From: Tubulanus polymorphus
Lineage: Eukaryota; Animalia; Nemertea
Assembly: GCF_964204645.1 (NCBI RefSeq)
Contig: NC_134028.1
Coordinates: 18,607,653-18,671,652, forward strand
Direction: 5' to 3'
Length of the DNA stretch: 64,000 nucleotides
Below, in pieces: positions 47,154 through 61,131 of the stretch. The number at the start of each line of letters is the position of its first letter. The first letter of the stretch is position 1. A program made the position numbers and the translations under genes. A model generated the notes under the pieces. That model searched no databases and had not been told where the DNA came from. It saw only the letters and a list, made by a program, of their open reading frames with translations.

Positions 47154-47477
47154 CGAGTAATACGGCTGGGCGAAGTTCACTCTCCTGTTATCGTCTTATT
47201 CTTGGTAGCTGGTTGAACCCCCATTGTCCGCAATTGATACGATAAGCCCACCTCCTAGAGCGGACAGGACCTCCGCTGACCTCAACGATATAACTACAGT
47301 CGTTTGTAATGAGTATTAATGATTATTTTTGGCGTCGAGAATGAACATATACAAAACTGGCACTTGCTGTCCGGGAACGAACATATTATATAACATACAA
47401 ATATACATTATATAACATACAAATAAACTTGGTGTCCGGAACATACGACAATCTGCTGCCCGGAAAAACATATTTAC

Positions 47478-49612
47478 TGTAATGTGGGGATCGTCCTTTA
47501 GGCCAAAAAAAGATGTTTTGTTTCTCATGATTTTGAAATCCCGCCCGCATCGGAAAAATCATCGGCAAATTAGCGATAAAAATAAAGTCCGCCCTCCCGC
47601 ATCATAGCTCGAAAATAAATTTGTTTTTGATAAAAATTAAAATCCGCCCGCCCGCATTGATATAATACGCATATCGTCATCTTTTTATCATTTCATTTCT
47701 CTATGAACGTATCGAGAAAAGTTGATCGTATAAATATCATCGGCACCACACTGGTGACTCGAACCCATATCAACGGAGTCGGTTACCGTAGGCCTAAATG
47801 TCAAATGCCAAGGTCGCTGTGGAGCTTGATTTCTGGCGTGATACTTATTTCGAAGCGATTTCTCTTGGTAAAATGTGGTGCTAATAGCGTCCAAGATGTT
47901 GCTATCTGTTCAAATAATATTCCAAAAGAAGCCAATACTACCTTGGCCAATTCTACAAGTATCTCCAGAGTCAACAGTGATGGAACTTTTCGAAAATGCG
48001 TTGGCCGGTTCTTACTCAAACTTGACAGTTAGTGAAGAAATGTGTGACGTTCACGAGAAGTATATAGAGTGTCCAGATTTACTGAAAGCCGATATTTCTA
48101 AGACCGTAGAAGGTCACTTCCAGTCAATACCTGTGACATCTATAATCAGTGATTTAAAAGAAATTTCATTTTCAGGATTAAGCAGTGATTTTCCAGTTAA
48201 ATAAAAATAAAAAACTACCCGCATCTGAAGAAAATATGTCAGAGGGATATTTTTATTGATATAATAAAAATAAAAAGACACCTCCCGCATCTCCAAAAAA
48301 AATTTAAACAGTTCTTTTTATTTCTACTTTCTACTATTTTTTTTAAAGTACATAAAAATAAAAACCGCCCGCCCTCGTCATGCTAAAAAACAAAAGTGTG
48401 ATGAGAAACAAGGCATCTTTTTTTGGCCTTATATTATGCCGGGGAACAATATCCTCATAACACGAAACTAAGTGGTTGTACTCTATATGCTAGTTTATTC
48501 GACACGTCTTATCGTCTTGGTGTCCACGAACAGAAGCCAGATCCTGTTGCGGCTAAGCATCACGTGACTTCAGATCACGTGATACTTGTCCTGAACCCTT
48601 CACCCTTGAACTGGGATTAACCCTTTTGTACATTACATCCCTTTTCTCTATTTAGAAAAAATTCTAATCAACAATTGAAATTCATCACACATTATATGAA
48701 CTTGTGGTTGTTTACATTATACCACTTCAAAACATAATTATAAACCTTGTGAGATCCATTTTGACCTCTGATTTATACCAATAGTTAGAAATTTAATAGG
48801 AAAACATCAGTGTTGTGAATTGTTTACAAGAAGAATATCAAATTACGAAAGATACATAAAAGTTACTTAATTCACCTAAGTTATATTGACAGTCACTCTA
48901 AAACATTGTATTAAAATATCGAAACTTATAAAAATTCAATATAACTGTGTACAAGTGTTGATTGTCAGTGTTGTAGAGTAGAATAATGATACTAACTATG
49001 CCTAGTGCTTAAATTTGAAGTGGTATATAATAAACTATTTGACCGTGTAGACTGGACACTGGCAACATGAACGATCTACAAATAATTGATTAAAATTGAA
49101 ATAGTACCATCCTTGAAAGATGGTTGAAAGGAAACGACTGTGAGATTAGCGCCTCACACAAACCCAACAAGATACTGGAACTGTCACCATAACACCATTT
49201 GTTGAAAAAGCTAAAACGTTTGCTTGTAGTGCAGCTTCCACTAGATACTGGGTTGCGGTACATGCTTATAATGTATATGATTATACCACTAGCACTGAAA
49301 AACAATTCATGTGGTCACCTGTCATCTTGAAAAGACGATGTAATGTGGGGATCGTCCTTTATGCCGGGGAACAAAATCCTTATAACACGAAACTAAGTGG
49401 TTGTACTTTATATGCTAGTTTATTCGACACGTCTTATTGTCTTGGTGTCCACGAACAGAAGCCAGATCCTGTTGCGGCTAAGCATCACGTGACTTCAGAT
49501 CACGTGATACTTATCCTGAACCCTTCACCCTTGGACTGGGAACTGACTATTTCAGATGACTCAAAACCAGACCGTTCCGTCTACAGATAGTATAACGGAT
49601 TAGCATTTTACA
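47478..49612. repeat. Pair of LTR-like direct repeats (47478-48617, MITE-interrupted and truncated; 49339-49612, TG...CA)
   Basis: About 200 bp shared (tgtaatgtggggatcgtcc...actggga); outer flanks TTAC and TTAG are only a near-TSD. Confidence 0.55.
47501..48428. mobile_element. Non-autonomous DNA transposon/MITE (PIF/Harbinger-like)
   Basis: TIRs GGCCAAAAAAAGATG.. / ..CATCTTTTTTTGGCC, TSD TTA, subterminal ccgcccgc motifs; a paralogous empty site lies at ~49355. Confidence 0.8.
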
Positions 49613-51336
49613 TTAGCATGTTGAATGACATGTATGGCGGACAATTCGACATTGTCTGCGCTGTCATCTACTGACTGTAGTGATTTTAAGGCCGCCCAGA
49701 ATGCAATTAAAGAGTATAGCATTAGGTGTTGCAATAATTTGTTACCTGCAATATGTGGTCGTACATACTAGCGCCGTGCTTATCTCTAACAAAATGTTTT
49801 GAGGACTGAATGTGTCTTAACATGTAGGCCTAATTGTCTCTGGTATTGATGCTTGAAAGTACCCTCTGTATTAGTAATGTGACTATTGAATTCTGTTTAT
49901 TATAGATACCGGTAAACAGTATATTTTAACTCACATCCAGACTGTAGTAATTATGATTCTAAGGAGTATTTTTATTTAAACATTTTGGTACGGTAGGGCC
50001 TACCCAGTGACTGTTGTTTGTTGTGCCAATCTATTTCACTGAAGCAAAAAATAAATATATAAATAAATATATGCCAATATAGTTTTTCTTTTCTGTTGTC
50101 TCTTGTTTTTTCTTTCTCTAATTTTACAAAGGCTTGTGTGGAATTTTGGGATTTGTAAGTCGCCTCCCTTCCCTCCAGGGAAAGCCCTCTAAAAATCGGA
50201 CCTAAAAAATCAATCCAGAGTACACTGAGGTAAGTGGGACTCGAATCCAATGAGATCTTCCATTTGTTTATTATATGGATCAATAAAATTAAAGTTCAAG
50301 TTCATTTGTTGATGGTATAAAATCCGAACTATACAGACGAAACGAAAAATAGGAACCTGGTTTTGAGTCATCTGAAATAGCCAATTCCACGATACCGACT
50401 GTCCAGGGACACGCTCGCACGGACGCTGGCACGGACAATCGGTTTCTCGAGGACGACGATACATATATACAACAATTAATGTTGTGACCGGAACATACGA
50501 CAATTTAATTACTGTCCGGGCACAGACACCCGGCAAAACGATTTGGTTCTTAAATTTTTATCTTGGATGGTGTCTTGAGCGGTTATGAGTTATGGATATG
50601 CTAGTGAGCACTGCAAAACTACTTCGAAAGTTCAGCGGACGAGCACAAGGGCTTTCTCCCCGAACTCACGCGCTGCGCGCCTTAAATAGCCCGCGGCTGT
50701 CCGGAACTCGCTCTCATTGGCTGGAACAAAACTCCGGACACGCGTGATTGACCACGCGTGTCACATGATTTCACAGTTGGCTTGATTCCAACAACAATGA
50801 GAGTGGGACCGGGCAACCGCACGCTGGCTAAAAAGGTCACCGCGGACACGCGAACGGAGATAAATGATAAACATAATCGACTAAGGTAACGTACAATACT
50901 AAACAAAATAGACATATAAGAATTCCCGAAGTAATGGAGTTAAAAAGGATTCGAACCCTACGCACGCGACAAGGATGATAATATATTTACGAATACGATT
51001 CAAGAAAAGGGGTTAATAGTATTCAGGAAACCCGGAAATAACCGAGTCGCAGCCGGAACATCAACCAAAAACGGGTTATATCAGCAGAACCGGAGCTTGT
51101 CTATGAGCTGACCAAAAAGAATAGGAACATGCCTGCGCCGGTAATGTTTAGCGTCTACCTTCAGTCGTTCCACGTCCCATCGCTGCAACATAGCTTTGGG
51201 TAATTTGCTTCTAACGAGCGCAGTTAACATCCAACTACTACGCATTAATTCATCTGCATCATCATATTTTTTCAGAATCTAGTTCCAACTGTATATTAAT
51301 TTTGAATGTAGCTAATCAAGCTCCTTCACGTTGATG

Positions 51337-51663
51337 TTATGAATTGAAGGTAAATAATTGGCTATTCTCGACAATTGCTAGTTCCATCCGACTCAGTACG
51401 TCTCCGAACTTGTCACCCAACGCTATATCGTCATAGGTTGGATCTCGTAGAGTGGCCACCACGCGCTGAGCGTCTCCTTCAAGTAACGTCAGCGCGTAGT
51501 GTGCCTTCTCTACGTCACTGTACCCAGGTTTTGCGAATTCTGCTTCCAGTAGATTCTTCCAATGGTCAAACAAGTGAGAGTTCATCACTTGTGATCTATA
51601 GCCCCAATCCGTCATAACAATCTTTTCTTTTTCCAACTGGCGCTGGAGATAGTAGCAGGGCAT
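51337..51663 (-). pseudogene. Retrotransposon gag fragment
   Basis: FDHWKNLLE...YSDVEKAHYALTLLEGDAQRVV resembles a Gypsy gag core. Confidence 0.55.
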
Positions 51664-52621
51664 TCAATCTAGCGGAGAGTTTAAAATAATATTTATTGTA
51701 ACACATTTCATTATTGATTTCTTTAGTAGACTTGTCCAGCGACATCTTTTTAATTCTAGCTTCATTTTCAGGGTCACAGTCAATTTTTACTGGACTTCCT
51801 GTAACTCGGCTTGTGCGATTTTAACCATATCAAATGATGCTTTCGCCACTCCAAGTTGGATAGTATCGATGTCACCACCAGCCTCGCATTTTTTCAGATG
51901 TGCACTGCATTGAATCAATAAACAATATGTAATACGGCTACTAGTATTCAATAGAAGAACTTATATAATTCCTCTACTTATTCAATTCAACGTTTACTTA
52001 GTTTAAACACTTAATTTATCACACGTCAAAACAAACTCTACAAATGTTACTTTACAAACTAGGCAATATGATCCAACACCAACGAACTATAAACCATTAG
52101 TTTTAGAGTTAAAAAACATCAATGTGTAACTGACACGAATAAAGATATAAGCACCAAGTGTGCGGATTGGGTTAACCTTAAATCATACTATGTGTATAAA
52201 CCTAAATTATTCTAGCTCTGACCTATAGAATATTTAGTAGATAACTCAACACAATCTCATTATCCAACGGGTTGAATCAGTTAAGAACATACAACAGAAC
52301 TTTTCAACAATTAGAAAAACATACTATTTTCATCAAAGTAGCAATACGTAAACATTAAAATTTCAGTAAAGCTCATAAACTTCAGTAACGCTCATAAAAA
52401 ATAAAAATAGACTCTCGCAAGCTCGAATTTACTTATACTTTTTACTCACTCAACCTTTCAACCTTTAATCTGAAACAAGACTTATCTAATTACTCTAATA
52501 ATTCCATATCTATGAATAACATATAAATGAATATAATATGAATAAAAGGCATGTATATGAATATCATAAAAATGAATATTATATTAATGAAATAAATTTT
52601 AATAAAAGATTTGTTAAATAA

Positions 52622-52915
52622 ATGGAGAGTGAACGAGTACATAGCGAGAACAACACATCATTCTTAGATAGAATTAAAGTTACTACATATGCTAAATCAG
52701 TAGATTATAAATTTAAAAAGTTAAGAGATAACAAAAGAGTTAACAATTCATAAGAAATATTTTTGAAACAACTACTGATAAATATGGTAATAAATTGATA
52801 ATTTATCTAGAATATGAAGGATTGAAAGGTAATAAATATAAATTCAGAACGTATTCACCAGATAGATTTCATAGATTATCTAGTGAAGAGCTAGAAGAAT
52901 TATGTTCTGTGGATT
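52622..52915 (+). pseudogene. Homolog of the small ORF at 28003
   Basis: atggagagtgaacgagtacatagcgagaacaac matches atggagagtaaacaagcacacagtgagaacaac. Confidence 0.8.
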
Positions 52916-52924
52916 TTCAAAAAA

Positions 52925-55285
52925 ATGAAAGCAAATAGGAAGTACTACTGTCCGACATGTAAAATTAATACAGATAAATCTCAAAAAGCAAGACATAATA
53001 AAACTAAGACACACTTAGAGAATAAATTGAAATTAGAATATAAAGATGATATATCAGAAACTAAATAAGAAGAATTAAATAATGAAAAAGAACTATATAA
53101 ATGTGTTACATGTAATTGTTACATGTAATCAATCATTCAGTACCAAAAGATATTATGAACAACATTCAAAATCTAAAAGTCATATTAGAAATATCAATAG
53201 TGATATTTTAGGTGAAGGTTATCTTGATAAAGATAATGATAAGAAACAAAGCATGATTAAAAGATTAAAAAGTTAATTAAACAATAAAAGATCCTACGTG
53301 GAAGATGTTAGAAATTATATTCATTAGATGATAAAAAAGATATTGAAATAACCGAAGCATTTAAAAGTGATATTGGTCCAGCGGCTATTGAGTTTAAATT
53401 TTATAAAGGCAAAACATTAGAAGAAAAAAAAAAAATTTAGAAAATATGAAAAATATTATAAAAATAATTACAGACGTAGAATATCCATAAATAAGTATAT
53501 CTGCTTAAGTTAAATTTATAAACCATTATATAATATACATTCTCATTCACAACATATTATCTAAAAACAACATATAGATGATAGATTAGATAAATGTTAT
53601 AATGAAATAAAAAGTAAAATAGAAGAGAGCTATTTTGGAGGATCTGGTTTAATATTTAATGAAATAATATTTATGACTTTACATGTGTATAACACAAAAT
53701 ATAATAAGTTAACTAAATCGAAACCAATAGTTGAAAATAATTTATCATATTATAAAGAACCAGATATTGAAGCATCGAGTTATATCAAATTACCATTTAA
53801 AACTAATGCTGTTATAAATGTACAAAATTCTGATGATAAATGTTTTCTATGGACAATTATCAGTTGTTTACATCCTGCAACTGATAATATTTGTAGAGTA
53901 ACAAATTATAAACAATTTGAAAATATTTATAAGATAAATAGGTACCCTGTTAGATTTAAAGATATTCCAAAAAAGAGATAATAATATAAAAATTACTGTA
54001 TTTGATTTGATTAAATTACCAAATACAAAAGGTGATAATATAAAACATCATACATTAGAACCTCTATACCTATCAAAAGATTACGATTCAAATGATCTTA
54101 TAGATACATTATGTAATGAAAATCATTATATGTCGATTAAACGAATTGATTTAATAATGAAATATATCTATGTAGAAAATGTTTATATAAATTCAGTAAT
54201 GAAAATGCATTATCAAATCATAAACAATTATGTGATTATCATGATTATTGTAAATTAATTCTACCAACAGAAAAAGATAATACATTACAAAAAATATGAT
54301 TAAAAAATAAAGTACCATTTGTTATATATGGTGACTTGGAATCATTGAATAAAGAACTAACTGATCAAGATAGAAAAGAAATATATTATAAAAGAAAGAA
54401 ATTAAATTACTATTAAAAAGATTCAACAATTAGCTGCAGCTTTCGGATTATATGTAAAATCAGACTATCCAGAACTAATTAAAAGTGAATATTATTATTA
54501 TAGAAATGAAAATGTTATCAATCATTTTTGTGACTTATTAATTGAATATGAAATAAAATTTAATGAATTATCAAATACAAATAAAGAAATTATAATGACA
54601 GAACAAGATAAAGAAGAATTTGAGTTTGCAGATACATGTTTTTATTATGAAAAACTATTCAATTTTTAAGATTAAAAAGTTAGAGATCATGATCATTTGA
54701 ATGGAAAGTTTAGAGGTGCAGCACATGAGAATTGTAACTTACACGATAAGAAAATCAATTTTGTTCCAGTAATATTTCATAATTTATCAGGGTATGAGGC
54801 TCATCTGTTCATTAAACAACTATGTCATAAAATGGAAGAAATTAATAATGAATTAGAAGTATTAAATTCTAATCGAAAGATTTAGACAAAATATCAACTT
54901 TTAAATTTGAAATGTTAGCTAAAACATCTGAAAATTATATCTTTCTAATTTGGATGTTTAAGATTTATAGACTCATATAGATTTTTAAATAGTTCATTAG
55001 ATAATTTATCGAAATCATCGGTGATGAATTAAAAATATTAAAGCAACACTATCCAAATAATGATGATTTTCAATTTATGAGATATAAAGGTGCTATACCA
55101 TAAATTTTTTTATAAAAATCATAATGATTTTAATAAAAGCGAATTATCAAATGAACAATTTCATGATGAATTAAGCTCCGAATATGTTAAAGATGAATTT
55201 TGAAATAGAACATTGAATATTTGGAATCATTTTGGAATGAAAAATCATGGTGAATTAGTAGATTTATATTTAAAGTCTGATAAAT
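52925..55285 (+). pseudogene. pPolB, 5' two-thirds, many stops
   Basis: Close match to 25436-27147, plus RDHDHLNGKFRGAAH..CNL, VIFHNLSGYE, FIDSYRF, DLYLKSD, which copy 1 lacks. Confidence 0.9.
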
Positions 55286-55326
55286 TTATTGAAAATAAAT
55301 CTAAATTATTATTAATGGATTAAAAT

Positions 55327-56945
55327 ATGATGAAAAAAGAACAATATTTAAGAGATTTATATTATAATCCTGGAAGTGAAGTATCATATTCTAGTGTGAA
55401 AGAATTATGGGATGAAATAATATCTGATAAAGAAAATATAAAATATAGTGAATTAAAATTATGGTTACAAGAACAACCCACTTATCAAATACATAGAAAA
55501 ATGGATAAAAACTTTTTAACAAGAAAAGTTATGGTATCTTATATTGACCAACAATGACAAGCAGATTTAATTGATATGAAGAAATTAGAAGAATATAACA
55601 ATGGATATTTCTGGATATCAAATGTTATAGATATATTCAGTAGATACGCATAGAGTATACCAATCAAAAATAAAACTGGTATAGAAGTTACTAATGCTTT
55701 TAAAAATATATTTAAAGAAGGTACTCCAGGTAAGATACAATTTCATGAGGGTAAAGAATTTTATAATAAACATTTTAAAAAATTATTTTCTCATAACGAT
55801 GTAGAGTATATTTCAACAAACTCAGATAAAAAAGCATCTATTATAGAAATATTTTATAAAACATTGAAAATTAGAATGTGGAAATATTTTACTGCCAATG
55901 AAACATATGAATATATCGATGTATTAGATGATTTACTTAAAGGTAATAATAATTCTAAACATTCAAGTATTGGTATGAAACCTATACAAGCAAGAAAAGA
56001 AGATAATTCAGAAGTTGTTTGCAATAATTTATATGGTGCGTTTGTTACACATGATTTTGGTTCACCTAAAGAACAACATGTTAGAATATCTAAACGTCGA
56101 AAAACATTTTACAAAGGTTATACTCCTAATTTTACTGAAGAAATATTTAAGATTGAAAAGATAATATTAACTAAACCATTTGTATATAAATTAGAAGATC
56201 TAAAAAATGAAGAAATATTAGGTTATTTTTAGGAACAAGAATTATCACTTGTGCCAAACCCAGATGATATAGAATACAATATAGAAAAGGTCTTGAAAAC
56301 AAAAACGTTGCGTGGTAAGAAATATTCTTTGGTGAAATATAAAGGGTGGTTTAGCAACACTTTTTTCCGCGAGTCGTTTCGGGATCTAGCTCGATATAGA
56401 TGACGAAGACTATGATATTCCAGTTTAAGACGACTTTATTCTGCACTTGGTATGTGTCTGAATTTCATGCAGACTCCAAGAGGCTGACTTTGCGAGAAAA
56501 TCTATTGGTACCAAGTCGTGCCCGGTTCAACTACCAATTTAACAAAGCTATTTTCGGTCCTTTTCGTGAAGAATGGTCGACGTCGGCAATCCGGAACAGA
56601 GCGAAGAGAGTGAGACTTAACTAACAGCTTGGAATGCCAAAACTGGAACTCCATTTATTTTTACACACACACTCTCTATATACACTGAGATACAAGACAG
56701 GTGGAGACATTTAAAATGATACAAAAACAAAGGTGACGAGTAGTGACATGACAGTGAGACAAACAACCATTGACGCATTAGACACAGACAAACTGTCTAC
56801 AGAAACAAAGAGCTATTACACCTAAACATTAAAGGAATATAGAATATATATGAAATATATACAACAATCATCATGGACATTTAGTGTTGTTAAAGTATGA
56901 TGATAAATTTAATGAATGGATCTTATCAAATAAAATCAAAAAAAT
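55327..56945 (+). pseudogene. Integrase with C-terminal chromodomain, interrupted
   Basis: LYYNP, EGKEF, KASIIE, HSSIGMKP, KGYTPNFTEEIF, IEKVLK..LVKYKG|YDDKFNEW. Confidence 0.9.
56350..56894. mobile_element. About 545-bp insertion in the chromodomain with short inverted ends
   Basis: Splits KYKG/YDDKFNEW; ends tttagcaacact / agtgttgttaaa; higher GC than the flanks. Confidence 0.6.
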
Positions 56946-57579
56946 AAATGAATAATAAAGATTTTTTTTATATTTGAACCACATGATATGTTAGTAACTG
57001 CGGTAACGAATTGTGGTAAAATTTCACATTTCATATTAGATTTATTAGAAACTTTATAAGAATCATTTTGATTATATAAAATTATTCTGTCCAACTTTTG
57101 AAATGAATAAAACATATAATAGGGATAAGAGTATAATAAGTGAAGATAAAAAAGGTTATTATATTAGATTCTAAAACAGTGAAAGAAAATTTAGATAATT
57201 GTATTAAAAAAGCAATTGATATTCATAAAGGATCTAATACATTATTCATTATAGATGATTGTGCTAATTTACATGATTCAAAAGTTTTAGAAAGTGAGTT
57301 ATGTTACTTAGTTTTCTCGGGGAGACATTTTGGAATAACAACTTGGGTTTTGAATCAAAAATATAATTCGATAGTAAAAGATTCTAGAGAAAATATAAGA
57401 TCTTAAATATTATTTTATAACTAAGTTATAAAATCTATGCAACAAGCTTTATGAGAAAATCAAATTATACCTACTGAACTACATAGTGAATTTATAGAAA
57501 AATTAACTGGGGTCCAGGGACACCATGCCCACTTGGGAAGTGGTTTCAAATGGTCAACAACCTAGCAATTTCAATACAT

Positions 57580-58335
57580 AACGCCCCCTAGTGACCATAT
57601 ACAAAAACTAATGACACCATCACAATCATAGAAACCCACCACAATCATAGAAAATGTCAGCAGCTATGATTTTTTAATCGATTGTGTTAACAAAATATGC
57701 CTTGTTACCAATTTAATATGGGAATACTAAGTTATTCTATTATTCAACGTCGCCTGGTGACCATATGCAAAACCCAATGACCTTAAAACTCACAACAATT
57801 GTAGTACATGTCATGAAATACAACTTTGCAATTTGATCATGGTAACAACATATGCCTAGGCACCAATCTAATAAGGAAATACTGAGCTATTCAACGCCCC
57901 CTGGTGACTATATGAAATAACTAATGTCCTTAGAAACTCACCACAATCATAGACGATGTCATGAACTGCAACTTTGCAATTGATCATGGTAACAAAATAT
58001 GCCTAGGTACCAATCTAATAAGGAACTACTAAGTTATTCTACTATTCAATGCCCCCTGGTGACCATATAGAATAACTAATGTCCTTAAAACTCACCAAAA
58101 TCATGGAAGATGTCATGAGCTACAACTTTGCAATTGATTGTGGTAACAAAATATGCATAGATACAAATATAATATAGAAATACAAAGTTATTGTATTATT
58201 CAACGCCCCCTGGTGACCATATACAAAAACCAATGACCTTAAAACTCACGAAAATCATAGAACACGTTACTGGCTACAACTTTCAAAATTGATTATAGTA
58301 ACACGATATGCTTAGGTATCAATTTAATGTGGAAA
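57580..58335. repeat. Five tandem units of about 155 bp
   Basis: aacgccccctggtgaccatat variants at ~57580, 57746, 57893, 58048 and 58202, with conserved sequence between them. Confidence 0.9.
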
Positions 58336-58847
58336 AACATTTTCCCACCTACGAATGAGTACTGATGACACCAAGATGGCCGCCAATTGCGCCATAATTG
58401 GCTGATCAAAAATACCTGTCTCAAGTATAAAACATCCCTTTCCAAAGAATACCCATCACAAATTGCAATGAGAAATGGCAAACCAGTAGGAAGCTACAGG
58501 ACCTAGAATTCTGGCCAAAATTGACATTTTTGGGCACTAAAAAGTTCATAGGACGGCCATCTTGAGTTAGATCGACTCAATTTTTGCTATGCTGATGGGC
58601 CCTTGGTAGATTTAAATATAAACGAAAGATAAAGGTAATTGATCGAAGCGTCTTTAAAATTTCCCTCAAAAACTTCAAAAATGTGTAAAAAGTGCTGATT
58701 TTGGCGAACAACAATGGCTGCCAGTCGGCCATCTTGATTCTGGCGGGGACAGCTTTTGGGCTGAAGATGTGTCTAGGGTAGTTACCAAATATCAAGACAT
58801 TACATTGAAGCGTCTTCAAAACTGCCCAAAATAACTGGATTCCGTCT

Positions 58848-58908
58848 ACGGACGACGGACGAACGTATGGACGGACGACGGACGAACGTACGGACGGACG
58901 ACGGACGA
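58848..58908. repeat. (GGAC/GAC)n microsatellite
   Basis: Direct reading. Confidence 0.9.
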
Positions 58909-59349
58909 AAAGTGAACGCAATAGCTCGCTGGGACTAAAGTCCCAAGTGGGCTAAAAAGTAATAAAGGTTCAAATCATTACTTAGACTCCAATATCCATA
59001 TGCGAATATGAATTTATAAAATGAAATCAAAATTTAAGTTATTTCAAATTATACGTATTAGATACATAAAATGCGTCAGACCCCCTTTTTAAATAATAAA
59101 GGTTATAAATTATTATGGAAACTTCAATATAAATTCATGAAATAAAATTATAATTTAGGTTATTTCAGTTAATACGTATTAAATACGTATTAGATACATT
59201 TAACACTCGAAACCACTTTTTAATAAACTATTATTTTTACAATATGTTTTATATTTTCAACCAATATATTGTGTGAGGGAATTATATTTACTAACTGAAT
59301 TATCTATATACAAGAAGTTTAAAAATTGATATATTGTCTTGTGGAAGTA

Positions 59350-59960
59350 ATTAAACATAGTATTTAAAATAGATCAACATAATAATACTCGGTATCACTA
59401 TTGGTTTTATTTTTATCATCATCATCAGACTCTAAAAGTTGATCTATCCCATATAAACTATTTTTAGGAAAAGGTTCTATTTTATTAATATAACCACCTG
59501 TAACTTTATTTTTCAATTTCTTAGAACCTTCATTATCATAATCAATATGCTTACCTAATATTCTATTTGATCCTAATATTTTATTCGCATCAGAAATCTA
59601 TTTCAGCCTTACTGAGGTCAGGTTCCTTTAATGAAAAACCATGTAATAAAGTTCTATATAAATCTTTACCATTTGTTTTTCTATTTGAAACAAACTTTGT
59701 AACATATCTAAATGGATGTTCTATAAATTCTCTGATACCAACACGTTTTATAACATTAGTAATATGCGCATTTGTTTTCACATGATTATACCAATTTGTT
59801 TGAAAGTTTGAAAATTCACCATTACAATAACCACAATAATTTCTATTTTCACTATAATTTCATATCATTTCATTATTAGATGTAGAAGGTAGAACATTAT
59901 TAGATGTAGAAGGTAGAACATTATTACATGTAGAAGGTAGAACATTACTAGATGTAGATA
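59350..59960 (-). pseudogene. Zinc-finger accessory ORF with a 24-bp coding repeat (NVLPSTS) at 59878-59960
   Basis: CGYCNGEFSNFQTNWYNHVKTNAH leads in frame into ORF 59590-59781. Confidence 0.5.
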
Positions 59961-59979
59961 AATATGCATTTAATAATTG

Positions 59980-61110
59980 TGACCTCCTTTTTTCTTTTTC
60001 ATAAATAATTGTATCCCATCTTTTGTATTTTGTAATTTTTTCCCAGAACCAGGTAGCAAGTTATCCTCTGTCGTTCTAAAATCTGACCATAATGCAAATT
60101 TATTGCCGGTATATTAATCTATTTGATTAATATTACAATCTTCAGATAGTCTATTTTTTTCAGTAATAAAATGTTTTTTAATTTCAACCCATTGATTGAT
60201 CATTCCCATTCCTTGACAAAATATTCTATTTGCTATACCTTCGATAATTATTTCTACATTCGATATTTTGGGGTTATAATTCTTATCAACCTTTATTGCA
60301 CCATAAGAATACATTGTGGTAAAGAATATTAATATGCCTTTAATAGATCTTCTAGAAAAGTTAATGTTTTCATTAATTATTTCATCAGCCGCATTAATGG
60401 TCAAAGTCTTAAATTTGCCAATATAATAATATAATGATGAATAACCTTGATTGTATTGAGTTTGAATTGTGCTAGCAATATTTTCATCAGTTACTGTGTC
60501 ATATTCTAAACATATATTCGATAATTTATAACCCATATCTTTAACAACGCTAGATAGCACAATTTCATTAATAGGAGCAAATGTTATTTCAAGTATAATA
60601 TCTTCTCTTATATAAAGGCGCATTATTATTTATCAATTCAAAGTCTAATGGAATTTTATATTTGCTTCCATAAACCTTCCTTTTTTATTAAATTGTCTAC
60701 GTTATTAGTTACAACTGCGTTATGTGCCTCAGATCTAAGTTTATTTTGATTTTCTGTTTGAATTCCTTGAAAATCATATTATTTCTATTTTCTTTAGTTA
60801 ACCATAAATATTTTTAATGCACAAATAAATTGTTATCATCTAATGTAAAAACAGTTATCGGTCCAATCTTTATGGTTAATTTTTTGATTAAATATCATCC
60901 AACATTATCGACAACGTAATTATCATTATCACCAGTTACTTCTATATCAACTGATGAATAAATACTATTTGGAGCATAAAAAATATGTTGTATTAATCGA
61001 GGAATTCTAACATATAAAGTTTCATTAGGATTAATATAAGAAGGATTATGAGTAATAATATGATGAGATCTTTCTGCTTTAATAGCATAAGATATTCTAG
61101 AATTCTTAGA
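59980..61110 (-). pseudogene. Major capsid protein, copy 2
   Basis: ORF 60114-60623 aligns closely with 39464-40468. Confidence 0.85.
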
Positions 61111-61131
61111 AAAAAATCTAGAAATAATTAC

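Larger units (their letters stand above)
57505..58955. mobile_element. Non-autonomous Helentron/DINE-like (HINE) element with an internal tandem array
   Basis: Subterminal IR gcccacttggga (57527-57538) / tcccaagtgggc (58941-58952), hairpin gggactaaagtccc, (GGAC)n tract, A/T insertion site without a TSD. Confidence 0.75.
56948..59020 (+). pseudogene. A32/FtsK-like packaging ATPase, interrupted by the Helentron-like insertion
   Basis: MLVTAVTNCGK (degenerate Walker A), LFIIDDC (Walker B), SGRHFGITTWVLNQKY; resumes near 58956. Confidence 0.85.

Noticed and set aside
57580-58335. Regularly spaced repeats resembling a CRISPR array
   Set aside because: The intervening sequences are homologous to each other, so this is a tandem satellite; the context is eukaryotic and there are no cas genes.
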